A stretch of DNA of 64,000 bases from Epiperipatus broadwayi (Eukaryota; Animalia; Onychophora). A program made the position numbers and the translations under genes. The stretch is taken from contig JAQFVV010000006.1 in the NCBI GenBank assembly GCA_028023455.1, positions 1,116,001 to 1,180,000 on the forward strand, written 5' to 3'. The notes under the pieces are model-generated. The model was not told the origin of the DNA. It ran no database searches and saw only the letters and a list, made by a program, of their open reading frames with translations. This document shows positions 1 to 12,900 of this stretch, in pieces; positions within the stretch are counted from its first letter, which is position 1, and each line of letters opens with the position of its first letter.

Positions 1-569
1 GCATTCAAAGCCTACAAATACTGAAAAGTTTGCATGTTCCGGAAAAAACATAAATGTTCCATTTTGTGGAAAATGAGGAGTGCAATCTTTACCCCAACAA
101 TGCATCAGTACACAAAGTCTTTAGTGTAAAATAATTGTTAATTAAATTCAGCATGACTCCACTTATCTATCAGCCATTTTTACTTGAACTCATTCTGTGT
201 GATTTCTTTTTATTCTCTTAAATGAAAAAATGCTTTAAATTTTTTTTTTTTTTTTTTGGTGATCTTATAAGTGGTGAAGAAAAAAAAATGCAGGTATTAA
301 AATTCATCACTTTGCAAAAGTTTTCAAACTACTTCAAAAAGTGAAATACATGCTTCGACCAATGCCTTGCATTAAATGGACTATATTTTGAAAGGGATTC
401 AATTTGTAACATCTGAGAATAAAAAAATATTTTTTTATTACAAAATTCTGATTAGTTTTGGTTCCTGCTGCATAGAAAGTATATATAACATTTAACTACA
501 GTAGTTTATTTTACTATGATTGGCAAACTATGCAAAACTAGCTGTTAGCAATGCAACTAATATTTGGGA

Positions 570-960
570 AGGATATAGTGTAGCCTCTCTTTGAGGCTCT
601 AAGGTTCCAGGCTACTGGTGACTTGCCTTATATGAAGATATGGTGATGATTGTAAATAGCAGTTTCCTGTTCCCAGATCTGAGTATTCCCCAATGTGTTC
701 TACAGTATTGGGCACACCATATATACAGCTGCCCAATGCCCGACAGTTGCTGAGGTTATTAAACATCTGCAAGTTATTGTCCCATTTTATAGTGAGATCC
801 CTGATCTTTACTGGAAATGATTGAATTCAATGCTTTAACTTCCAATTAGCTCATTTTTGTCATTGGTTATTTATTTCCATTCATTGCTATTTCATTGTCC
901 AATCTTATTATAACTTGAATCCAATCTTGATAATGTTGTAGTAACTTTTGCTAGTTAGAA
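570..960 (-). mobile_element. Degenerate non-LTR retrotransposon 3' remnant (zinc-knuckle-like)
   Basis: Minus-strand translation gives ...FPVKIRDLTIKW...GSCIYGVPNTVEHI..., resembling the LINE C-terminal CxxC..ETxEH region; many stops. Confidence 0.3.
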
Positions 961-1069
961 TGAGTTCACAATATAAAGATAATATGTTAAATTCTGGTTT
1001 GAATTGTTTTTATTTGTCATGTATCAACTTATAATTATTTAACATGAAACTCTATTCATATACTAATGA

Positions 1070-1930
1070 AATTCTCTGAAAAAACCTGAACTGAGTTAAG
1101 CCACTATAAAAAGATATAACTGTGTGGATATATTCTCACTTAATAGTACCAAGCTAACTTTCGGCAAATTCTCACCAGAGTCATAGTGCAAAATTAATTA
1201 ACTAATTGTGCAAGGAGCAAGATGAATATATCATTTATAAAATATGCAAATTATTGCAGTGAAAAATGTAAATTTATAAATTCAGATGTTTCTTTTTTTT
1301 TGACAAAGGGCATCAAGACTTTCCTGTTGATTGATTTTAAGGCTGTTGCAATAACTCATGCCCCCTTGAATTTCTCTTATGATTGTTCCTCTTTATGCAG
1401 ATGGTCTTAATATTAGAAGGGAAAAGGTGTCCTGTAGCATGCCCATCTTCAGTTTGTAGAGCAGTGTACTACAGGGAGTTTCAAGCTAATAGATCTATGA
1501 GAATTACCCAGCATCCCTATCTTTATAAAGAGGCTAAACAAGACCGGCAACATAAATCAATTTTCCTGGATCACAAGCTTGATACAGGACCATGTTTTTC
1601 CCTTCTAACATTAAGATCATCTGCATAGAAAGGGATGGAGGCATAGGTTATGGCAAGAGACTCGAATTCAATCAACTGGGAGTCTTATGTCCCTTTGTAA
1701 ACAAAAGGAACATCTGACATTTATAATTTACGTTTCTCACTGTGATAATTTCCATAGTTTATAAACTATATATTCATTCTGCTCCTGACACTGTTAATTA
1801 TGATTCTGTTAACTATGATTCTGGTGAGAATTTGCGGACAGTTAACTCGGTGCTATTAAGTGAGAACATATCTATACAATTGTACTTTTTCATAATGGCT
1901 TGACTCAGCTTAAGTATTTTCAGAGGATAA
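1070..1930. repeat. Large imperfect palindrome (arms about 370 bp, spacer about 150 bp)
   Basis: 1075-1440 is the reverse complement of about 1590-1927 (e.g. ttctcacttaatagtacc/ggtgctattaagtgagaa; atgcagatggtcttaatattagaaggg/cccttctaacattaagatcatctgcat). Confidence 0.85.
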
Positions 1931-2134
1931 ACTTATAATAAAATAAATTTTTCTTTTAAAATAATATAACCACTTGTACATACATATCACTCAAGCATCA
2001 AAAATAGATGCCATATGCATAATCTACTTGTTAAGAGAAGATAAAACCAGTAAGTGAGTATATGATTCTTGCTTACATTATGCTCTTCAGCAACCAATTC
2101 TTTTTCTCACAACATTTATGCCATCTAGTGTCAA

Positions 2135-2545
2135 ATTTAGTAATCAATAGATGCCAGATGATGGAAGTGTTTATTAAATCCCTATCCAGCACTATCCTAA
2201 CCAATATCTTTGGACTAGTTTCTAGCTTATAGTTTTCATCAGTGAGGACCTTTTGGATATGGGAATAGTATGGTACCTAGATTTTGTAGATCCAATGCAT
2301 CACCACACTTATGTCATCTAGTGTAAGCTTTAGTTATTAACAGATGACAGATGGAAATGCTTATGAGATCTCTATTCAGTGTTAGCCATGAATGTCAGAG
2401 GAAATGTGAATTGATTCCTACACATACAAGTAAACTCCAGATGCAAAGGCATCTCAATGATAACAGTTAAAAGATAGAAACTAGTCCATGAATATTATTT
2501 AGGAAAACATTGGATAAGGATTTAATAAGCCATCTGGATCTAATG
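2135..2545. mobile_element. Diverged HHR repeat family A copy, divergent inverted arms
   Basis: Minus-strand HHR at about 2208-2250 (ggactagtttctagcttatagttttcatcagtgagg); decayed plus-strand partner gaaactagtc near 2477. Confidence 0.7.
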
Positions 2546-2629
2546 TAGTGAGAAAAAAGAATTTGCTGATGTTGTCAGATGGAGTTCATTACCACATTCC
2601 CTTTAAAAGTAAACAATATTGGGTATGAG

Positions 2630-3105
2630 TTAACTTATGAATAGCAAGGAAAGTAGTTTACTGTGTAAGGCTCAAACAGGTTTTTTAGCAATTAGGGAAT
2701 ATACCCATAAATGGAGAAATGTGGATGACTTAGTCTGCAAGTTATGTAAGGAAGGCATAGAAAATCTTAGACATCTGTTAAATGAATTAAATGCCTGCAA
2801 ACAGAAAGGGTACACATAATGAAGTTGTGGGAGAATAAATATAAACACAGTGATTATATAGAATGCGGGTTCTTGGTTTCTACGCTGGATTTGGGAAAAG
2901 ATAAGGGGAATTTGTATGTAAAAGCCATAGAGTTGAAAAATATTCTGCTGTGGAAATGGAATGGAGCAGGATAGAGATGAATATAGGAAAAACAGGGTGG
3001 GCCAATAAAAAAAGAAAGATAAGGTGACTAATAGGTTTCTTTGAGCATAGTGGCTGAGAGATTCCTGACTCGGAGATAGGATCAGCCATAGTGCATCACA
3101 TCACA
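2630..3105 (+). mobile_element. LINE 3' fragment with CxxC...H...C knuckle (copy 1 of 3)
   Basis: ORF 2637-2819 contains VCKLCKEGIENLRHLLNE; clearly homologous to 5770-6150 and 14280-14655. Confidence 0.8.
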
Positions 3106-3326
3106 ATATTTATTTTTTGTAATAAGCAAATTCACAAATATTGAATTTATCATTATTAATATTTTTAAGTTTAATAAAAATTTAAAATATAATAATCGGC
3201 TTGTCTTTTAATTAATATACACCAAGTAAACAACTGAAAAGATTCAAATTTTAATTTTTTATATATAAAAAATAATGTTTACATAATATAGAAGTGAAAT
3301 ATTTTATAATAAATGCATTTATTTAT

Positions 3327-3482
3327 GATGCACTAAAAAGTCAAAAACAATTGTTTTCTTCAACTACAATTGGTGTTTTTATATTCAGCTTGAAATAAAA
3401 ACTTGGGGTATCCATAAGGTTAAAATATAAAGACACCAATTGTGGTTGAAGATGACAATTATTTTTAGCTTTTTAGTGCATA
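3327..3482. repeat. Inverted repeat, arms about 58 bp
   Basis: atgcactaaaaag...caattggtgtttttatatt versus aatataaagacaccaattg...ctttttagtgcat. Confidence 0.75.
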
Positions 3483-4469
3483 ATGATAGAAGTATGTAAT
3501 TTCTGGATACGGCTCATTTTATTTCATGCTAAAAAAAATTCAATTATGGTGAAGAAAACTATTATTTTTGCCTTTTTAGTTCACAATAAATACAATTTTT
3601 GTTATAAAATATTTTTTATATATTATTTTTAACTTTTTATGAAATGAAAAATTAAGATAAGATATAATCAAGACAAGTTAAGATTTGTTTTATTTCTATT
3701 TTAATTTATTACTAACACTTTTTTAATGTAAGCTTTTTAATTCGGATAGAGATTTTAAATCTTTTCTCTGACCACACATCAATTAAGAGCTTGTTTGAGC
3801 TATTGGTATGCCCTCTGTATTACATTTTTGTAAATACAAGCTTATAAAAGCAATATCATGTTATATATGACTTGCTTTATTGATAATTATAAAAGCATTT
3901 AAAAATATGCTGCTCTCTTATCCACATGACTGAAAACTTACTGAACCAATATAAACATATCTGAAATTCAGTTTTCCAACACCATAATAATAATTAATTG
4001 AGCAAATAAAAGCCTGGACCATCCTGAAATATTTCATTGTAATATTTAATTGTCAATGATTTCTAAGACATACAAAATTAGAAGGAAATCCATTTGATAG
4101 GAGTATATTAAAAATCAATTACAAAATTTATCCTAATCACAATCTAACAATACAACTATTGTATAAAATAGAGAAGTATTAAAATAATATAAAACACTGT
4201 TGACAAGCATTTTCAACTCGTTTGAGACTTTATCAAGGTTGTATAAAAATCATACAATAGTCATATTGTTAGATTGTGGTTTATATTTTATAATAACAAG
4301 TATTGGATTTACTATTTCAAATTTATCCTAAATAAAGAGTTTCTAAGTTACATAAAAGCATTTACAAACAAAAATATTTCAATTAATTGGTTTGCTTTAA
4401 TATTGCAAATGTTGGCTAGGTAAAGATTTATTCTGTATGTTAATTTTGTTAACTGTAGCTGAATGTGGT

Positions 4470-4660
4470 TTCGTCTGGTGAAGCCAGATTCATATCTCTC
4501 ATGGATGGCTGGGTAAGTTGTAGCATTTAAATATTCAATACTAATTTATTTAAATTAATGATTTAAATATTATATTTGGTGGAGAGCTTGATGATTGGTG
4601 TTATGTATTTCCATGCTACAATATACCCAGCTGTCCATAAGTGCTATGAATCAGGCTTCA
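4470..4660. repeat. Inverted repeat, arms about 47 bp
   Basis: gaagccagattcata...ctgggtaagttgtagcat versus atgctacaatatacccag...tatgaatcaggcttc. Confidence 0.7.
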
Positions 4661-5769
4661 GCAGCCAAAAGTGCACACAGTGACAGTCAACAAAATTAAC
4701 ATACAAATTAAACATTTACTTAGCCAATGTTCCAAAAATTGAAGTAAATAAATTAATTATATGCAGTGTAAATACAGAAATCAAATTTTCTTTGCTCCAT
4801 ATTTTATTCTAATGCTGTTAATGATAAATTGAAGATTCTTCAGTCATGGTGGCACTTCATACATTTTACTAATTTGTATTTCATAAATCACAATTTAATA
4901 TATAATAAAGTGGCTAGTTACTTAGGAGGTCATATGATATTTAAGTATCAGAAATGAAAATTTGAGCTTCAATTTAAGAATCCTTAGAGATTTACTCTCC
5001 CACTATGCTAAACTATAACAATTTAGCAATCTCCATTTTAGGTCATGTGGGTCCCGTAGACCCATTATATGCATAGTTAGTTTTAGAAACAAAGCCTCTT
5101 GGTAAGTACATTACTGATTATGATAGCTTCTCCAACCATATATGTTTTTTCCACTCTACAATCAATTCTTTATAAATAATAAACAACTATGAACATTAGA
5201 TGGCAGTGCAAATTGCTTTTATACCTAAAAGTCGGGAAAAAATCTGCTATGGTAATCTGTTTGCTATGTAATGTATTAAATATCTATTTATTACTTAATG
5301 CTTATATGACGGCTACAAAATAACACAAAATTATTTGCTGTCTACTGCAGATTAAACTTGTATTGAAAGCACGTGACGTTTTATTTTTTGGCATTGCATT
5401 GTGGGTATGTTTTTTAAACTTTCAAATCAAATAGCTAATCTGGAGAATCATGTTAAGGTCTGGAATCAGTCTTGATAAGACAACACATTACCTAATAAAT
5501 AATAATGGTATGCTAAGTGATCCATTAAAATTAAGTTTGTTGATTGTAAAAAACTTTTCTCTTGTCTATAAAGATTGCAGTCAACATATTATATGATTTT
5601 AGCTTCTCTTTTGCAATCTTGGCTAATCTCTAGTAATCAATGGAGACTAGATGATCTCTATTTTCTATGCTTACACAATCTGTTAAACAGTATCAAACTC
5701 TTTATACAGTAGTGCCACCATTGCATTTATTTATTATGAGGGCTTGCGATAAGTGACACTACTATATAG

Positions 5770-6150
5770 AGAGCTTGTTATTTGATTTAATCTGCAAGTT
5801 GTGTAAAGAAAGGCATAGAAAATATTAGGCATCTATTAATTGAATGTAAATGCCTGAAAGCATAAAGGGTACAAATAATGAAGTTGTGTACGAATAAATA
5901 TAAACAAAGTGGGTTATTGGTTTTTATGCTGGATTTGGGAAAAGATAAGGGGTTTTTAGATATAAAGGCCATGAAGTTGACAAAGATTATGTTCTGGAAA
6001 TGGGATGGAGCAAGATAAAGAAGAATATGGCAAAACGTAGGGTGGGAATGGAAAGAGAAAGCAAAATGGCTAACAGGTTTGTCTGGATCTAGTGTCTGAG
6101 AGATTCCTGTCTCTGTATAAGGAGAAGTCATGGTGCAACATATCACATAT
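5770..6150 (+). mobile_element. LINE 3' fragment (copy 2)
   Basis: gatttaatctgcaagttgtgtaaagaaaggcatagaaatattaggcatct... homologous to 2740-3100. Confidence 0.8.
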
Positions 6151-6439
6151 TCAAATATTCCCCAAATAGTTCCCAATCTATGGCCTTCATGTGATGTACT
6201 ATGAGCTTGTATCAAATATGGTCATAAGATGACATGTTATACAAAAATTAAGGTTTTCATATTATATAGAAACCAACCTGGTTTCAGTTCTATATAACTA
6301 TTCATGCAAATAGTCTTGGATTGAAAAAAAATATTTTTTTTCAATTAAGTTGATAGTTTTATGGTATAATATAAATAAAAACTTGCTGTTAGAAGAAAGA
6401 TGCATTGAATCTAAAATGTCCAAATGTATTGTGCAAGAA

Positions 6440-6580
6440 ATTTGAAAAGGATATCACTGATGGAACCCATAAGCTAGAAACTAGTCTGTGGGCATTTGCA
6501 TAGAAGATCACTGGATAAGGATCTAATAAGCACTATCATCTTGCATCTGTTGATTACTAAAGCTTGCACAAGATAGTGAA
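6440..6580 (+). mobile_element. Diverged HHR family A fragment
   Basis: atca-CTGATGG-aacccataagcta-GAAAC-TA-GTC-tgtgg followed by the family's downstream sequence. Confidence 0.65.
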
Positions 6581-7207
6581 AGTGTAGGAAAATAAAAGAA
6601 CAAGGGTTGTTCTCAGAAAATACAATCCACAATAGTATTTTTATATTGGACTATTTCCATAATCTAATATGAGTATTGAATATCATTAGCAAAATTTAAC
6701 TTTTATTTAAATATTACAAATACATTCAACTATTAGTAATAGCACATCAAGCAGGTTAGTATATGCATGTTTCAAGAGGTATTATTCTCCCCTCTTCTTC
6801 AGATGTTGGTGACCTGATCAGTGACGGTACTAGCATGAGATTCGAACCTGAACCCTTAGATTCTTGAGTATTGAATTTTAAGGTAATGCTCTAACTAACT
6901 GAGCCATCCTTCCAAAGGCAACAGTCATACTTATCTATGAGGTTTCTCCTAATTTATCCACTTTTTCCTAAGAGCAACGTTGATTAGTGGTTTTCATACA
7001 TTATGTATAGTCACACCAGGTTGGCTTATGGGATTTTTTGACATTTTTATGTGAGCAGCTTTTTTAAATTCTCTCTTGTGTACCTTTTCTTCTCTATCCA
7101 ATATATTTGTGTTAGTGCTAAACATCTAACAGATACTGAAATTTCGTTCTTGAAAGAGTTTATTAAACTTTGCCATAACACTATCTAATATCCCTTTATT
7201 AGATATA

Positions 7208-7798
7208 ATGGCAGCCACTGAAAAAGTCATTCAAAAATTGCCTTTAGAAGAAGCAGCAGAATTATGCTGGAGAATAAAAAGAACACTTGACAAGCAACAA
7301 AAATTGCAGTCAAACATATCCTATGGGAAGAGGAAAGCAATTAAATCTCTCAAAGCAGATAAATCTATAATTATTCTCCCTGCTGACAAAGGCAATGCAA
7401 CAGTTGAAATGAAGATGACTGATTATGACAACAAAATACAAGAACTCCTGACAGCAGGACAATATAGAAAAATGACAAAAAATCTGATACCGAGTACAGA
7501 AACAAAGTTACAAGCATTATTCAGACAGCATCACAGGTATTTCACTGATTCAGAAAAAAGTAAAATAACATATTTCAGCAAAATTCCTCATCTTTATGGT
7601 CTACTTAAAATCCATAAGGATCATGTTTCATTAAGACCTATTGTTAGTTCTAGAAATTCTCCTTGTCAAGATTTGGCAAGAATTCTTCTCAAAGTTCTAA
7701 GTCCTTTGGCATACAACACCCAGTCCTTTGTCAGGGATTCTAGATACTTTTTGGAATTAATCCTTAAGATCATGAAAATTGAAAGAATTGACTTATGA
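7208..7798 (+). pseudogene. PLE reverse transcriptase, N-terminal part (RT core apparently deleted)
   Basis: Supplied 196-aa ORF with PLE-typical motifs; after 7798 the sequence jumps to thumb-like sequence and no xDD catalytic motif is visible. Confidence 0.9.
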
Positions 7799-8029
7799 AA
7801 AATGGTTATCCATCAGCTGTTATTAAGAAAATGTTAAATAGACAACAAAAAGGACCATCAAGAAAAAAGACAATTATTGGTACTGTGGTGTAACCATACA
7901 TTCCAAAAATAGCTGACAAATTAAGGAAAAATCTACAATGAGTTTAACATCAGAACAGCTTTGTAGAGCCATACCACACTACAAGGAATTATAACATCTA
8001 CAAAGCCCAAACTTGAAATGCTGAAAAGA

Positions 8030-8335
8030 AAAAACTGCATCTATGAAATATCATGTGAGTGTGGAAGAATATATATTGGTGAGACCAGTTGTCCCATTGA
8101 AAAGCACTTGCAAGACCCCAAACTTATAATTAGAAGAGAGAAACAAATCTGTATAATGTAGAAGACTATGTATGTCCCAATGAATTATATGTTCAATTGG
8201 GAAAATACAAAAATATTGGATAGAGAAGGAAAGGTACAAAGAAGAAAATTTAAAGAAGCTGCTCACAGGACAAATGGCAAAAAATCCCATAAGCCAACCT
8301 AGTATGACTATACATAATGTATGGAAAACACTAAT
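8030..8335 (+). pseudogene. PLE GIY-YIG endonuclease remnant
   Basis: KNCIYEISCECGRIYIGETSCPIEKHL...NWENTKILDRE...RRKFKEA, with stops and frameshifts. Confidence 0.9.
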
Positions 8336-8414
8336 CAACTTTGCTCATAAGTGGAGAAATCAGGAGGAACTTCATAGATAAGTATATGACATTTCTACTA
8401 ACTGTTGCCTTTAC

Positions 8415-8490
8415 AGAATGGCTCAGTTGGTTAGAGTGTTACCTTAAAATTCAATAATTAGAATTTAAGGGTCCAGGTTCAAATCCCATG
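8415..8490 (+). promoter_or_regulatory. tRNA-like Pol III A/B-box segment in the PLE terminal repeat
   Basis: tggctcagttggttagag (A box) ... ggttcaaatccc (B box); mirrored at about 6835-6905 and decayed at about 17810-17885. Confidence 0.65.
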
Positions 8491-8515
8491 CTAGTACTGT
8501 CACTGGTCAGGCTAG

Positions 8516-8562
8516 CAACACCTGAAGAAGAGGAGAGAAAAATACCTCTCGAAACATTGTGC
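8516..8562 (+). ncRNA. Minimal type I hammerhead motif of the PLE terminal repeat (decayed)
   Basis: aacac-CTGAAGA-agagg..cctctc-GAAAC-att-gtgca. Copies at about 6765-6810(-), 17915(+) and 50336(+) imply a consensus GAAACGTT-GTGTT pairing with AACAC. Confidence 0.7.
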
Positions 8563-9419
8563 ATATACTAACCTGTTTGATGTGCTATTACTAACAGTTG
8601 AATGTATTTGGAATATTTAAATAAAAGTTACATTTTTCTAAAGACATTTAATACTCATATTAGATGATCAAAATAGTCCAATATAAAAATACAACTAGAA
8701 TACAATCATCACAAACCTTCATGAAAACACAATCTACAATATTCCAAATTCTTGCAAGGATCTGAATCTTCTCTTTTGCTTTATGTTAAGAGTTTTTCTA
8801 CCCAATAAATCACTTGTCATGCAAAATTATTATGATGAAAATGATGTAGGCAATGGAACTTTTTAAAACATACAATGGTAAACAACATTCTATTATTAAA
8901 AATAATTGTATGGTTAGTTGCTCTGGTGGTCATATGACATTTGACAATCTTATTGGAAGATTGGGTACTGAAAGCAGCAGAACTGGATCATGGTCCATGG
9001 ACCTTGAGCTCTAGAACTACCACTCTAACCAATACTATATTATGCAGGATATTACCTTAATCATTTGAAAACCGATCTTAGAACTTTTATATCTTAGACA
9101 GCCATTCTATTGCTGTGTAGTAGTAAAGTACCTGACTGGAGGGCTGAAAGTTTCTGGTTCAAAACTCAACCCTATCATTTCCAGTGTTTAAACATCATAT
9201 GGCATGTTAAGTACTGAACCACTCAATTATTGTTTAACAGACTAATGATCCAATAAGAGTGGGGTCATTATTAATGATTTAACTTTGTAATAAAGAAGTT
9301 TAACTTAAATTTTTGGTCATGGTCCTTTTAATGAGTTCTCTTAAATATTTTTGTTTATATAACCACTTTCTTTGTATACATTATTTTGATTTTTTTAGAA
9401 GAGTGTGTCTGATTTTCGA

Positions 9420-9880
9420 AATGATATATTTTTGAACAGCTCCAGGATCGTCAAAAGCAGAGACTTTCTGTATGTGGTTCAGGCTATTCGTTCAGAATGA
9501 CCTAAATTCTAATTCTCAGTGTCAAAGCTAGTTTCATTCCATTGGACTGGATTTTTTTGTTTGACATTTTCTGGCTTTATCTCATTTCCTATTATCATAT
9601 TTGTATGTGGATGTGTGATAAATCTGATGATCTGGCTTGGGTTGCTTTTAGATTATTACTCAATCTTAGCCTTTTTTAGACTATCAATACTTTACCATCA
9701 TTTTCTATATTTCCAGTATGGCTTGAATATATTTGACCCTTACACTGATGCAATTTATACCAGTTTCATCTCTAAATTTGTGAAAGAGTTTTTGGAAAAC
9801 TAAACCTGGCAGTGATTGGCACAATCACTGACATTTCCAAGACTTGTGATCCAAATGCAGACTAAGTTTGAACATTGAAA
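9420..9880 (-). mobile_element. Highly degenerate LINE-like remnant
   Basis: Minus-strand fragments such as YIQAILE-Y..W and LELFKNI weakly recall CR1/L2 post-RT regions. Confidence 0.25.
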
Positions 9881-10235
9881 TTTTTCCAGACTATAGAGAG
9901 ACTTGGAATTATTTTTAAGTAGATAGTCTATAATCAATTTGTTTAGCTATAAAATGATTATATATGGATATTATTAACTAGAAAGTAATCCATAATTAAT
10001 CTATGCTCATCAGATGAGTGTCAATACACTTGACTCTATAAAAAAGTGTAGTTGTAATATGTTATTGTCTTTACCATTGGAAGATATAGTTTAAATTCCT
10101 ACAAATACTAAAAGCATAGTTAGTTTAATCATTAATACATTCCCAAAATAAAATGATCCCTCTTACAGAAAAAAGCATGTGTTCTTTTAGTTTGCCTCTT
10201 TGATTTGTTGTTGTTTGCAGTCTTTTTTCATTTAT

Positions 10236-10720
10236 ACAGAGATAAAACTCTCTGTACAGCTATACAGTAGCACCACTCAGTGCATGTCAGAGTAATCAAT
10301 GGATGCAGGGAGGTTTGTTTATAAAATTCCTATGTAGTGCCTGCCTCATCAAATATCTCCAGACTAGTTTCTAACTTATGGCTTTCATCATTGAGGAGCC
10401 TTAAATTTGAAAGCACTGAATTAAAAACATTGTTTTCATTTTGCACTCAAAGCTTTATAGTAGCTATCACTGTTGGAGAGTTGTATTAGATTCTAAGGTC
10501 TGGGTAGTGCAGTGCTCTCAAATCCAAGACTCATCAGTGACTAGTCTGGGAATATTGAATGAGTATGCATTAGATAGGGATTTTATGTACATACCCCCCT
10601 GCATCCATTGACTACTCTGGTTTGCAATGAGTGGCACTAGTGTATGGAGAGTCTTGTCTCTGTGTATACAGCTTGTATACGCATAAGGAATGGTGATCAT
10701 GTGATGTTTAGTGGTTTATT
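10236..10720. mobile_element. HHR family A, divergent palindromic copy
   Basis: Left arm antisense (cagactagtttct..tcatcattgagg); right arm sense (gactagtctggg..gcatccattg..atggtgatcatgtgatg). Confidence 0.9.
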
Positions 10721-12629
10721 CTTTTCCCACCTGTATACTCCTGGCAGGAAAGCATGCTGAACCCTTCATATCATTAAGATTTTCTGTACTTAATATAGCT
10801 ATTGTTGTAAGTCTAATAATAGAAATTACATTAAAAAAAAACAACCAAAATTCACAGAGAAATTATTATACAGCAATTCCAAATTTCTTTTAATCTTCTT
10901 AGAGCCATAACAATGACAAAATTAGATTAATTTATGACTTTCCAAAAATACGAAATCTTATTCTTATCAATCTGATACTTCATCATCCATTAATTTGTCA
11001 GAGCATTAATTAACTTCATGCTTAATTATGCAACTCTAATTCCCAATCTCTGTCTTAACAAGGTAGAACACGGGAAATGTGAACTGGAAAACAAAATAGC
11101 ACAGTAAATAACATCCAGTCTTTTCTGTTCTACATCAACAAGTATGCTATTAAAAGATTAGATATTGGTATCTGAAACCCAAATACTGTGACTTCTAAAG
11201 TTAATGTTAAGACACTTTTCATTAATACTTTCTTCCCTACAAATATAGATCCACCATGCATCCTATATTATAGAAATGAAGATACCATGGAATACTTTCT
11301 ATTGAAATGTTATCTTTACAAACATCCACATTGTTTCTGCAAATACTATTCACAAATATTAACTACTGTACTTTTATTAATCACATGTGCAATGGCTTTT
11401 TTTAAGCATGTTAATAACAAAACTGCATTTCTTTTGATGGTAAGGTTCAAAAGATGTTGCCCAATTTTTAACCACATATCTCCCCAATATAAAACACTCT
11501 AAAAAAATTCAAATAGTAAAATAAATAAAAAATCTGCACGTTAAAAGATCCTTCTGCAGGTATCTTATGTTTGGTCTCATTCGTATTATCTCAATGATTT
11601 TACTACTTTTTAAATTTTTTTTTTTTTAAAACATGAAAATATGCTATAAAAATTAATTATTCTTACAAATGTAGATATTCTTTGAATTACTGAGAAGATA
11701 TATCATCTCACAACGCAACTTTTCATCATTAATTTTTGCACAATTTTTCATAATATCTGCAAATGGTTTTACATTTATTTTTATTATTATCATGTACTAT
11801 AGCCTCTTATAGACCTCTTAATATATAAAATATTACTCTATAAGACATTTTATCAAATAAAAATCATGACCCTTAATCCTAGTTAGGAATCACCGATCCA
11901 AACTGTAACTAAAATTATTTAAATATCATAAAAGAAATATATAGTCGTTCGTGATATCTTAGAAAATAGTCCTCATCAATAACGAATAACAGGAAATGTG
12001 CATATTGTGAAATTTAACAACCAGGTATTTCAAAAAGATAACTGTTTATTAATTTAGTTTGTCTTTGAAATACGAGTTATTTTTATAATAATCAATCTTT
12101 TTAGAAGTTGCATGCGAAATTAGGATTAATTACTAATTAAAAATCTTTATTTGCACGCCAGAATTTTGCAACTTATAACTAAATAATGATCAAAAACAGG
12201 CGATAAAAATGTCAAATTTTAATTACAGATTTTATTGAAGTCGTAACTGATGATGAAATTAGAAACCTATCTTTAAAAAATAATTTTAAAATGTTTTAAA
12301 TTGTCAAAAAATATATAATTCTCTAGATTTTTAGTTTTTATCAGTAAAATCCTCATTTCATCTACATGATATAGTTACCATCCATCAACACACAAGGTTA
12401 AAACATTCTCTACTTCTATGCATACATTTTGGAAACAGTCTTTGCTTTTTAGATAATCTAGAGATATAAATCACAATCTTCACATTAACATTGGGGTCTC
12501 TTTATACCATTTTTACTACCGTTCTCACACAAGAAAAGGACTGATTTCTATCTACTTTTAACATTTCATGGAATGGAGAACATTTTTGCTTTTACCTATT
12601 CTGTGCTACTTATTACAAGTTTAGTAAGT

Positions 12630-12900
12630 AATAGATGGCAGCTGATAGTGTTTAACAAATACCTATCCTGTCCTGCCCAATTACTTTCAGACTAGTTTCA
12701 AGCTCATGGCTTTCTTCAGTGGGGAGCTTTGGATTTAGAACAATGCATCTGGACCTTTAGAATCGAATGCACGTTTCTTCTAGAAGCCATCATTTACCTT
12801 TTTGTTGTAGCTCACAGATGTAAACCATAAGATTGAAACTAAGCTGGGGAAATTGAATGGGACAGGATTAGGGATTTATTAAGTACTAGCATGTGCTAGT
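12630..12900. mobile_element. HHR family A-related variant, divergent arms
   Basis: Minus strand 12684-12726: ctcccca-CTGAAGA-AAGC-catga-GCTT-GAAAC-TA-GTC; decayed sense partner at about 12825-12880. Confidence 0.75.

Larger units (their letters stand above)
6632..8700 (+). mobile_element. Penelope-like retroelement, internally deleted, with about 490 bp of its 3' end duplicated in inverted orientation at its 5' end
   Basis: RT N-terminal motifs (ILPADKGNATV, IPHLYGLLKIHK, LRPIVS) and a GIY-YIG motif; 6632-7118 is the reverse complement of about 8205-8700. Confidence 0.92.

Noticed and set aside
1440-1500. Type II/III hammerhead (GAAAC..CTGAAGA on the minus strand)
   Set aside because: Helices I and II cannot be formed adjacent to the core words.
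9519-9803. Hydrophobic short ORFs (e.g. 9519, 8051, 23996, 36650, 54781) as membrane proteins
   Set aside because: They are antisense or shadow frames of transposon relics or T-rich sequence.
12245-12275. CTGATGA-tgaaatta-GAAAC as a hammerhead
   Set aside because: No helix II and no helix I complementarity; probably chance.
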